In this document: one piece after another, positions 1-6,888 of the stretch
How positions within the stretch are numbered: the first letter of the stretch is position 1
Layout of the letters: each line of letters opens with the position of its first letter
Assembly (NCBI GenBank): GCA_035534795.1
Contig: DATLRG010000352.1
Coordinates: 1-33,260 of the forward strand
From: Chloroflexota bacterium
GTDB lineage: Bacteria > Chloroflexota > UBA6077 > FW602-bin22 > CADDYW01
DNA length: 33,260 nucleotides
Reading direction: 5' to 3'
Position numbers and translations under genes: made by a program
The notes under the pieces: model-generated
Databases searched by the model: none
Told to the model about the DNA's origin: nothing
What the model saw: the letters and a program-made list of their open reading frames with translations, nothing else

Positions 1-546
1 CGCCAGCGGCTCGTCGAGCAGCAGCAGCGACGGCTGGCCCAGGAGCGCCTGAGCGATGGCGAGACGCTGCTGCTCGCCCCCCGAGAGTTGCCCCAACGGA
101 GCATCCCCCAGATGACCGGCCCCAACCGCGTTAAGCACGGCGTCGATCTGCCCGCGGCGCTGTGCATACGGCAGGCTGACGCCCCAGTGGTGCCCGTCGA
201 GCCCAAAACCGACGAACGCGCGGCCGGTGATCGGCAGGTCCCGGTCGAAGGAGCGGTCCTGCGGACAGTAGCCCACGCGGGGATTGCCGCGGCGGAGCGG
301 GGCACCCTGAAACCGGACCGCTCCCTCCGTTGGGCGGATCAGCCCGAGCAGGAGCCGGAGGAGAGTGCTTTTTCCCGCGCCATTCGGACCGATGATTCCC
401 ACGAACTCGTTGGGCCAGATCGTCGCCGACACATTGGCCAAGACGGCTCGGTCTCCCAGCCGGACCGTGACGGCGCTCACCTCGACCAGCGGCGGGGCCG
501 GTTCTCGGCGATTGGCAGCAGTGATCGTGGTTGGCTCAGCCGTCAT
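1..546 (-). CDS. Metal (Zn/Mn-type) ABC transporter ATP-binding protein; 3' end cut by the window edge
   Basis: Minus-strand translation from ATG 546-544 gives MTAEPTT...FVGIIGPNGAGKSTLLRLLLG (Walker A) ... LSGGEQQRLAIAQALLGQPSLLLLDEPLA (ABC signature and Walker B). Its ATG overlaps the TGA of the upstream binding-protein ORF (ATGA). Confidence 0.9.
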   Translation of the reverse strand, partial: MTAEPTTITAANRREPAPPLVEVSAVTVRLGDRAVLANVSATIWPNEFVGIIGPNGAGKSTLLRLLLGLIRPTEGAVRFQGAPLRRGNPRVGYCPQDRSFDRDLPITGRAFVGFGLDGHHWGVSLPYAQRRGQIDAVLNAVGAGHLGDAPLGQLSGGEQQRLAIAQALLGQPSLLLLDEPLA

Positions 547-1133
547 CATCGTCCGAGCGCCTGCTGAAAGGTCTCCAGTTGATCGAGCATCCATTGCTGG
601 TAGGTCTTCCCCTCCGGTTCAGTCTCCGATACGGGAACGATGGGCACCCCGTTCTGTTTCGCATCGTCTTCCAGCTGCGTCGTGATCGGCGTGACCGTCT
701 GACTGTTGTAAATGAAGGCCTTGATCATGTGCGAGGCGATCTGCTGGCGGAACTCGGCGACAGCCGACGCCGGTGGGTCGTTGCCCTCTTCCACTGCTTT
801 CTGGAAGGCACCTTCCTGGTCGACGATGGTCAGGCCCAGCGCCTCGGCCAGGTAGTCGAAAACAGGCTCGGTCGGCAGCACGGCCGTTCCCGCGTCTTTT
901 GCCTTCATCGCGGCGATCTGGTCGTCCAACGCCTTCTCCGATGCGTCAAAGGCCCGAAGGCGTTGGGCGAAGTAATCTTTGTCCGCTGGATCGAGCAGGG
1001 TGAACGTCGCCGACAGCTTCTGGGCAACCTTCGGCATCGTCGCGGGATCGTACCAGAGATGCGGGTTGTCGCCATGCTCGCGGCGTGCGTCCAAGCGCCC
1101 CGGGATGTCGGCTACGTGTTTCTCGCGCGCAAC
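546..1133 (-). pseudogene. ZnuA/TroA-family metal-binding protein, C-terminal ~195 aa only (N-terminal half and signal peptide absent)
   Basis: The C-terminal part of minus ORF 546..1973 reads ...GDNPHLWYDPATMPKVAQKL...DKDYFAQRLRAFDASEKALDDQIAAMKA...VFDYLAEALGL...IKAFIYNSQTVTPITTQLEDDAKQNGVPIVPVSETEP, typical of cluster-9 metal SBPs. Upstream of about 1133 the frame loses all SBP character and has no credible start. The region beyond is occupied by the opposite-strand amidase. Confidence 0.65.
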
Positions 1134-1229
1134 CGAGCGGACTGGCAGCGGCCAGGGCCAGGAAAAGTGGAGGCCGTGCCCGACTTTCGCGGGGCGCCCG
1201 GCGCCGCGCCAGACCCAACCGCGACCCCG

Positions 1230-1991
1230 ATGGTTGCGCATCCCATCACGTCCCATCCGCTGGTCTTCCTCGACCCCGGCCATGGCGGCGTCGATACGGG
1301 AACGATCGGCACGACCGATGATGGAACGACGGTCGAGGAAAAGAACGTCGCCCTCGCCCTGCGGACCGCCGACGAACTCCGGCACGACGGCATTAGGGTT
1401 GCTCTGTCCCGCACGGACGATTCTCTTCCCGGCTCGACGCCGTCGGACTACACGGATGACGGCCCTGTGCTCACGCCTGACGGCGTTCTCGCCGATCTGC
1501 AACGACGGATCGACCGCGCGAACGCGAGTGGGGCCCACGTGCTGCTCAGCATCCATCTGAACGCCTACGACGACCCGTCCGTCGGAGGCATCCAGACGTT
1601 CTACGGTGGGGCGCGTCCGTTTTCTGATCAGAGCAAGCGCTTCGCAACGCTGATTCAAGAGAGTGTGATCGGTGCTCTGCAGGCAGCCGGCTACACCGTT
1701 CCCGATCGCGGCGCGACCGACGATCAGGACCTTCAGGCGGAAAGCCTCGGCTCGTTGAGCGGGAACTACAATCACCTGGTGTTGCTGGGGCCCGCGATCC
1801 CTGGCCGTCTCCGCCCGAGTCAGATGCCCGGTGCCCTCTGCGAGACGCTGTTTCTGTCGAATCCCCCGGAGGCCACCGCCGTGGTCAAACCAGAGGTCCA
1901 GGGCCTGATTGCCGCCGGCTTCACCAAGGCGATCGAGCAGTTCTTGCAATCCGAGGGGCAACAGCAACGACAACCGACACGCCCGACTTGA
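1230..1991 (+). CDS. N-acetylmuramoyl-L-alanine amidase (Amidase_3 family)
   Basis: MVAHPITSHPLVFLDPGHGGVDTGTIG...EEKNVALALRTADELRHDGIRVALSRTDD...LLSIHLNAYDDPSVGGIQTFYG...ETLFLSNPPEA are Amidase_3 motifs. Start set at the first ATG in the domain. No signal peptide is visible. Confidence 0.8.
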   Translation: MVAHPITSHPLVFLDPGHGGVDTGTIGTTDDGTTVEEKNVALALRTADELRHDGIRVALSRTDDSLPGSTPSDYTDDGPVLTPDGVLADLQRRIDRANASGAHVLLSIHLNAYDDPSVGGIQTFYGGARPFSDQSKRFATLIQESVIGALQAAGYTVPDRGATDDQDLQAESLGSLSGNYNHLVLLGPAIPGRLRPSQMPGALCETLFLSNPPEATAVVKPEVQGLIAAGFTKAIEQFLQSEGQQQRQPTRPT

Positions 1992-2016
1992 ACAACCGCG
2001 GGATCAGTGGTATACA
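1988..2016 (+). promoter_or_regulatory. Candidate sigma70-type promoter TTGAAC-N17-TATACA
   Basis: TTGAAC at 1988-1993, a 17-nt spacer, then TATACA at 2011-2016, in the gap after the amidase stop and upstream of the 2170 ORF. Confidence 0.3.
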
Positions 2017-2169
2017 CTGGGTACCGAGAGTCATGGACGACAGCGCGCGAGGCGATGAAGCAGCACGAGGGGCGACTCTGATGGCAGACACGCCGAGGGG
2101 GCCTTCGCCCGGGTGCCGGCAAGCTGGGGCGACGTCAACCGGCCACCGGGCGGGAGTGAGCGACGGTCG

Positions 2170-2457
2170 ATGGGACACGTCCCCCGAGATCGAGCCCCCC
2201 GCTCGTCAGCTCCGGCGCTCAAGTGGATCACGACCCTCGTGCCCACCATCGCCCTGTATTCCTACGAGACCGTGCGCCACGGCCTGCTGGAGACCGTTCT
2301 CCCAACGCTCTACGCTGACGTGGCCGCGGCGTTCTTCGGATTGACACCGGTCGATCTGGTGTGCAGCGGCATTCCCTTTGCTGGCTTCGTCGCCTGGCAC
2401 GTCTTCACGTCACGCTACGCGAAGAAGGCCGGTACCGATCGCGAAGCGTCCACGTGA
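2170..2457 (+). CDS. Hypothetical small membrane protein (about 2 predicted TM segments)
   Basis: ATG at 2170 within ORF 2113..2457. Hydrophobic stretches ITTLVPTIALYSY and AAAFFGLTPVDLVCSGIPFAGFVAWHVF. GTGA stop/start overlap with the next ORF suggests a coupled pair. No recognisable family. Confidence 0.4.
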   Translation: MGHVPRDRAPRSSAPALKWITTLVPTIALYSYETVRHGLLETVLPTLYADVAAAFFGLTPVDLVCSGIPFAGFVAWHVFTSRYAKKAGTDREAST

Positions 2458-2951
2458 AGCGCAGTCGCGGCCAGCTTCCCGCGTGGGGAGTACCACTCGT
2501 CCTGGTGCTGCTCATCGGCCTTGGGTTGAACGCAGCGGTCGTTCCTGAGAGTCTGGGGCGGTGGCAAGCGAGTTCGCGCCGCGCCGTGGCGATCGAGAGC
2601 GCCTGGATCCTGCACTACCTCGTCGTCTCCCCCCGCGTCGGCGATCGGATCTCGACGAGCTTGTTCGTCGCGCTGGCGGAGGGCGACAACACCTGGGTGG
2701 CCACCTACCTCGCTCGCCAGCGCGCCGCGCTCGATCGCGCTGCCCGGCGCCTGCGGCGCACGGACGTCGACACCAGACGCGCGGCACTCGCCACGGACGC
2801 CATGCTCGATCACGACCTGGCCGTGCGCGCTGCCGCGAGGGATCAGCCGCTGGACCCCTTCCAGATTGCCACGACGGATCACACCGCGACCGCGCTGCGG
2901 AGCCGAGTCGAGCGACTGCTCACTAAATTGGACCAGACGCCCAGTCAGTGA
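2454..2951 (+). CDS. Hypothetical N-terminally anchored protein
   Basis: GTG 2454 overlaps the upstream TGA. VKRSRGQLPAWGVPLVLVLLIGLGLNAAVV is a signal-anchor, followed by an Arg/Ala-rich helical region. No family recognised. Confidence 0.45.
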   Translation: MKRSRGQLPAWGVPLVLVLLIGLGLNAAVVPESLGRWQASSRRAVAIESAWILHYLVVSPRVGDRISTSLFVALAEGDNTWVATYLARQRAALDRAARRLRRTDVDTRRAALATDAMLDHDLAVRAAARDQPLDPFQIATTDHTATALRSRVERLLTKLDQTPSQ

Positions 2952-3490
2952 AGCTGGGTCAGAGCGTTCGCGAGGTCCTGGTAGGCGACGTCGCCGGCCT
3001 GGGCAAAGCGAATGGTGCTACTGCTATCGACGACGTAGATCGTCGGGTAGGAGTTGGCTCCGTACCGATTGACCACCGCGAAGCTCGGATCGATCAGTGT
3101 CGTGTGCTGGACCTTGAACGTCGTGTCGAACCAGCTCAGGTCTCCACGGTCCGCCAACCGGCGGTCGGTTCCCCCGCTGGTGTCATAGTCGCGGCCATAC
3201 GGGCTGGCCAGGATCGACACCGTGCGCTCGCCCTTGGGGGCAAACGCGGCGTCGATCTGATTCAGAATCGGCGCTTCGTTCTGACAGTGCGGGCACCAGA
3301 TCGCGAAGAACTCCAGCCCGCCTTGATCCGCCTTCAGCCGGCCGTGGGTGACCAGTCGCGCGCCCAGCCAACACCCACCCCCCGTGGCCGACTGGTCCAG
3401 AACGGCTGCGAGCTGTGGCTCTTCCAGGAGAAAAAGGTCGGCAACCTCGATTGTACCTTCTGCCTGGACTGTATCCACGCCTGCCCCCAC
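2945..3490 (-). CDS. Thioredoxin-fold TlpA/ResA-like thiol-disulfide oxidoreductase (N-terminus doubtful)
   Basis: GGLEFFAIWCPHCQNEAPILNQIDAAF...YPTIYVVDSSSTIRF contains a CxxC redoxin motif and the cis-Pro region. No signal or anchor is present, and the first ~15 codons are antisense to a clear 4Fe-4S motif on the plus strand. Confidence 0.7.
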   Translation of the reverse strand: MGAGVDTVQAEGTIEVADLFLLEEPQLAAVLDQSATGGGCWLGARLVTHGRLKADQGGLEFFAIWCPHCQNEAPILNQIDAAFAPKGERTVSILASPYGRDYDTSGGTDRRLADRGDLSWFDTTFKVQHTTLIDPSFAVVNRYGANSYPTIYVVDSSSTIRFAQAGDVAYQDLANALTQLH

Positions 3491-3570
3491 GACAACGTCG
3501 GCATGATTGCGCGCCTGCCGACGAGCGAGCTCTGGTCCGATCCGCGGCGCTCGGGCATCGGACGCCTCGG
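3413..3570 (+). pseudogene. Fragment of a 4Fe-4S ferredoxin-type (polyferredoxin-like) protein
   Basis: The plus frame reads LWLFQEKKVGNLDCTFCLDCIHACPHDNVGMIARLPTSELWSDPRRSGIGRL, with a CxxCxxCxxxCP cluster motif at 3452-3487. There is no start codon or N-terminal part, and the frame degenerates afterwards. Confidence 0.45.
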
Positions 3571-3707
3571 AGATCGAACCGTCGTCGCCCTACCGACCGC
3601 GGGCGCGTCGGCAAGCGGTCATCGGGGTCGTGATCCTGGTCCGCGCGGCTGACAATCACTCCGTCCTCCATTTCTTCACATGCCGCCGAAGGAAGGAGAA
3701 CTGCGGG

Positions 3708-5168
3708 ATGCGCCACGATTCCCATCCGACCGTCCTTTGCGACGTCCCGCGGATCACTCACGTCTGGGCGCTGGCTATCGTGGTGCTCCTGATTCTCCTG
3801 ACCCCGGCGACGGCGCTCGCGCACGCCTATCCAGTGCGCTCGGAGCCCTCGCCCAACGCCACCGTTGCCAAGGCACCACCGACGGTGGAGATCTGGTTTG
3901 GCGAGCACCTGGAGCCGCTGTTCTCGAACATGGTCGTGTACGACGCACACAAGCACGGAATCCAAACGCGTCCGAGCCAGGTGGATCCCCACGATCACTA
4001 TCACATGGTGGTGAGACTGAAACCGCATCTTCCCGCGGGCACCTATACGGTCGTCTGGCATGCGGTCTCGGCTGACGACGGCCACAGCACGGCCGGTGTC
4101 TTCGCGTTCGGCGTTGGCGAGGCGGCCCAGCTACCGGTGATCCCGGCGCAAAAGCTCGGCGCGGCGCAAGGACAGGAAGCCACCATCGCCGGCGTGGTCG
4201 GACGCTGGCTCGTCTACCTCGGCGCGGTGGTCCTCCTGGGAGCCGCCACCTTCGTCTTCCTTGTCATTGGCTCCAAATACGGCCAGAGTCTCTTGCTGAA
4301 GCACGTTGCGATCCTGGCGTTGCTCCTAGCGGCGGCGCCGAATCACTTCGTGACCGTGCCGGTGCTCACGGGTCGGCGAAAGCTAACCGCGTTTCCCGGG
4401 CTGATTCGGCGTCTCGTCGGTGCGGGTGCGCTCCGGGCGGTTGGAGTCGAAGCGGCGCTTGGCCTGGTCGTCTTGCTCAGCACCGGTCTGTTGACCTCGC
4501 TCGCGCCGGCCCGGTCGCCGCAACAGATTCTGCTGGATCCCGCGCGCGAGCTGCCTCTGGGGACCCAGCCGTTCCAGACGACTCTCCCCTTGACCAACGG
4601 CGAGCGTGCCCGGCTCGTGATCAACCCGGGCCGCGTCGGGGCAAATATGGACACCATCTCGGTGGGCCGCGATGTCGTTCCGGTGCGCGACGTCCAGCGG
4701 GCATACCTGGAGCTGACGCCGCTGGAGCTGGCCGGGACCGCGCCGAACGTCCAGGAGCTGACGCCGACCGGGACCGAACGGTTCGTTGGGCGCGGTCTCG
4801 AGCTGAGCACAGAGGGTCTGTGGCGGGCCGCTGTCCAGCTTTACTATTCCAACGGTAGCATCAGCAACGTCGACACGACGATCCAGGCGACCAGCCAATG
4901 GAGCGCAACGACCGGTTCCCAAGCAATCCGATTGCTGGCGCAGGCCGAGCAAGCGATGGCGCAGCTGCGCCAGGCGCGCATGGTGGAATCGTTGAGCGAT
5001 GGCGCGGGGGGACTGGGACTGACCGATTATACCTTCGTCGCACCCGATCGCGAACAGATCGTCAGTCCGTTCGGCGGGGCGGTGATTCATATCGGGACGA
5101 CGCTCTATCAGCGGGAGACGGGAAGCTCGTCCTGGAGCGTCGAGCACGGCGCGACCCCCTATCTCTGA
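3708..5168 (+). CDS. CopC-domain copper-binding membrane protein with a C-terminal extracytoplasmic domain; ends at an in-frame TGA
   Basis: RBS GGAAGGAGA lies 8 nt upstream of ATG 3708. Signal peptide ...ATALA|HAYPVRSEPSPNATV...VEIWFGEHLEP...YTVVWHAVSADDGHSTAGVFAFGVGE is a CopC/YobA fold with an N-terminal His. About 3 TM helices and a soluble domain follow. Confidence 0.8.
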   Translation: MRHDSHPTVLCDVPRITHVWALAIVVLLILLTPATALAHAYPVRSEPSPNATVAKAPPTVEIWFGEHLEPLFSNMVVYDAHKHGIQTRPSQVDPHDHYHMVVRLKPHLPAGTYTVVWHAVSADDGHSTAGVFAFGVGEAAQLPVIPAQKLGAAQGQEATIAGVVGRWLVYLGAVVLLGAATFVFLVIGSKYGQSLLLKHVAILALLLAAAPNHFVTVPVLTGRRKLTAFPGLIRRLVGAGALRAVGVEAALGLVVLLSTGLLTSLAPARSPQQILLDPARELPLGTQPFQTTLPLTNGERARLVINPGRVGANMDTISVGRDVVPVRDVQRAYLELTPLELAGTAPNVQELTPTGTERFVGRGLELSTEGLWRAAVQLYYSNGSISNVDTTIQATSQWSATTGSQAIRLLAQAEQAMAQLRQARMVESLSDGAGGLGLTDYTFVAPDREQIVSPFGGAVIHIGTTLYQRETGSSSWSVEHGATPYL

Positions 5169-5543
5169 CCGGATGACGAATACGCCTATTGGCGCGAGGG
5201 CGTTGGTGGGGTCATCCTGGGCGACCACTCGGTGCTTGGCCACGATTGCACCGTCGTCGCGTTCTACTCGCCACCGGCCGAGGCGATCTACAAGGAATGG
5301 GTCGGCAAACAGGATCATCTGAGTTATCGGGAGGTCATGTCCGCACCGTCGCACTATATGGTCAACCTGTGTTATGGATTCAATCAGCCAACGATCGCAC
5401 GACGTGCCCCCATCCTGCGAGGAACGCACACGCTCGCTACCTACGGCCTCGATCCCCAGGAACGCCAGCGCCGACTCCGGGATACCGATTTCACGGTTGA
5501 CGATCTCCTCGGCGATCTCCAGTCACTCGTGGCCAGGACGTGA
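5169..5543 (+). pseudogene. In-frame continuation of the CopC-domain protein downstream of TGA 5166-5168
   Basis: Same reading frame as 3708..5168. The translation PDDEYAYWREGVGGVILGDHSVLGHDCTVVAFYSPPAEAIYKEWVGKQDHLSYREVMSAPSHYMVNLCYGFNQPTI continues the same domain-like pattern with no independent RBS or ATG. Confidence 0.55.
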
Positions 5544-5578
5544 GCCTTGTGTCGATGGGGAATCACCAGAGCGGAGGG

Positions 5579-5607
5579 TTGACATCAGGGACGTGCTCGG
5601 GCACAAT
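5579..5607 (+). promoter_or_regulatory. Candidate promoter TTGACA-N17-CACAAT, followed by an AT-rich leader with short inverted repeats
   Basis: TTGACA 5579-5584 and CACAAT 5602-5607. Downstream are CTTCA-N6-TGAAG (5611-5626) and TCAAT-N8-ATTGA (5627-5644), in an unusually AT-rich stretch just before the regulator gene. Confidence 0.4.
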
Positions 5608-5655
5608 GCTCTTCAGCAGAATGAAGTCAATTTCAGGATATTGAAAAGAGACACG

Positions 5656-6618
5656 GTGCTTTCATCCCAGAATCCTTCGCGCTCGCCCCGGTACGCCGAG
5701 GCGGTTCCCGCGGTTCTGCGCACGCTGGACGTGCTCGAGCATCTCGAGAGCGTTCCCGACGGCCTCACCCTGAGCCAGATCAGCCGGGGGCTGCGGATCA
5801 GCCCCAGCAGCGTGTCGGCCATCCTGCGCACGCTCGCCCACCGCGGCTACCTCGTGCGCGACGCGACGACCGGGCGCTATCGTCTTGGTCCCAACCTCGG
5901 AGAATTGGCCGGCGAGAGCGTTGCTCAGCGCGCCATCCAGCACGCCGCCGAGGCGGTCGTGGCGCTTGCCCAGGCAAGCGGTGCCTCGGGCCCGGCCAGT
6001 CCGGCCGATCGCCAGCGTGAGACGCTCCGGGCGCTCGGACTGGCCGGTCGCCACTTGGCCGCGCTGCTGCTCGACGTCGAGGAGAGCAGCATCCCCGGGA
6101 GAGTCGTCCCGGAGCCGGTCTGGCACGCCGAGGCGTCTGGGCCGCTCGGCCCGGCCGAGCTCGCGCGATTCCTCGAGGACGAATGGCTCGCGACGCTCTC
6201 CTGTCTGGGTGAGAACGGCTACCCCTACAGCGTGCCCGTCTGGTACCACTGGGAGAACGAGCGATTCTGGGTGGTGCCCCGAGCGCGGGCGGAGTGGGCG
6301 CGCTACCTGGAGCAGAACCCGCGCGTCTCGCTCGCGATCAGCGAGCCCCATCCGCCGTTGCGACGCGTGCTGGTCGAGGGAGACGCCGAGCCGCTGACCG
6401 GCCCGGGCAGCGCGGAGCGTGCCCTTGCGTTGTCCGCGCGCCTGGCATCACGCTACCTCGGCCCGGCCGCCGCGTCCTACCTGGAGGCCACAGCGATGCA
6501 GCCGCGGCGGGTGTTCACGATCGTCCCTGTCAAGCTCGTCACCTGGCACGGTCTGGCTCCTCATCCCCGCTACCAGGCGGCTCGCCACCCCTCGACCCAC
6601 GACCAGGGCGTGGCCTGA
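5656..6618 (+). CDS. Fusion protein: IclR-type winged-HTH N-terminal domain plus a pyridoxamine-5'-phosphate-oxidase-like (FMN/F420-binding split-barrel) C-terminal domain
   Basis: AVPAVLRTLDVLEHLESVPDGLTLSQISRGLRISPSSVSAILRTLAHRGYLVRDATTGRYRLGPNL matches HTH_IclR. The C-terminus WLATLSCLGENGYPYSVPVWYHWENERFWVVPRARAEWARYLEQNPRVSLAISEP...VLVEGDAEPL...IVPVKLVTW matches the PPOX family. Start GTG 5656 is uncertain (TTG 5641 is an alternative). Confidence 0.7.
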   Translation: MLSSQNPSRSPRYAEAVPAVLRTLDVLEHLESVPDGLTLSQISRGLRISPSSVSAILRTLAHRGYLVRDATTGRYRLGPNLGELAGESVAQRAIQHAAEAVVALAQASGASGPASPADRQRETLRALGLAGRHLAALLLDVEESSIPGRVVPEPVWHAEASGPLGPAELARFLEDEWLATLSCLGENGYPYSVPVWYHWENERFWVVPRARAEWARYLEQNPRVSLAISEPHPPLRRVLVEGDAEPLTGPGSAERALALSARLASRYLGPAAASYLEATAMQPRRVFTIVPVKLVTWHGLAPHPRYQAARHPSTHDQGVA

Positions 6619-6621
6619 GCG

Positions 6622-6843
6622 ATGGGGAACCATCCACCGCGTCACCTGCCGTTTGCGGATCTCGTGCGTGCCCGCCGGTCGGTGCGCGCCTACCGTCCCG
6701 ATCCGGTGCCCCGGGCCCGCGTCGAGCAGGTGCTTGAGGCCACCCTGCACCCGCACGCGCTGGTGACGCTCGGCTACGCCGCGCAGGAGCCCATACGGCG
6801 CGAGCGGCTGCCCTTGGCGGGCCTGGTTGTTCGGTTTGAGTGA
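6622..6843 (+). pseudogene. Mini-nitroreductase: N- and C-terminal ends of a nitroreductase-family protein joined in frame (73 aa)
   Basis: PFADLVRARRSVRAYRPDPVPRARVEQVLEAT is a nitroreductase N-terminus, directly followed by HALVTLGYAAQEPIRRERLPLAGLVVRFE, a typical C-terminus. The ~120 central residues are missing. Confidence 0.55.
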
Positions 6844-6888
6844 GCAGACGTGCCCGACGCGCACGTTGCTGACGAGGAGGAAGAGAGC

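Noticed and set aside
2108-2150. A GC-rich imperfect hairpin (CCCGGGTGCCGG...CCGGCCACCGGG) in the leader of the 2170 ORF, considered as a riboswitch or attenuator.
   Set aside because: Only 10 of 12 pairs form, around a 2x2 internal loop. There is no U-tract and no match to any riboswitch core I recognise. Such stems are common by chance at this GC content.
5166-5168. The TGA in the CopC-domain protein as a selenocysteine codon.
   Set aside because: The local context (ATPYL-TGA-PDDEY) is not a redox CxxU-type site. I see no convincing bSECIS-like hairpin immediately downstream, and no sel genes are in the window. A nonsense mutation, sequencing error or readthrough is more parsimonious.
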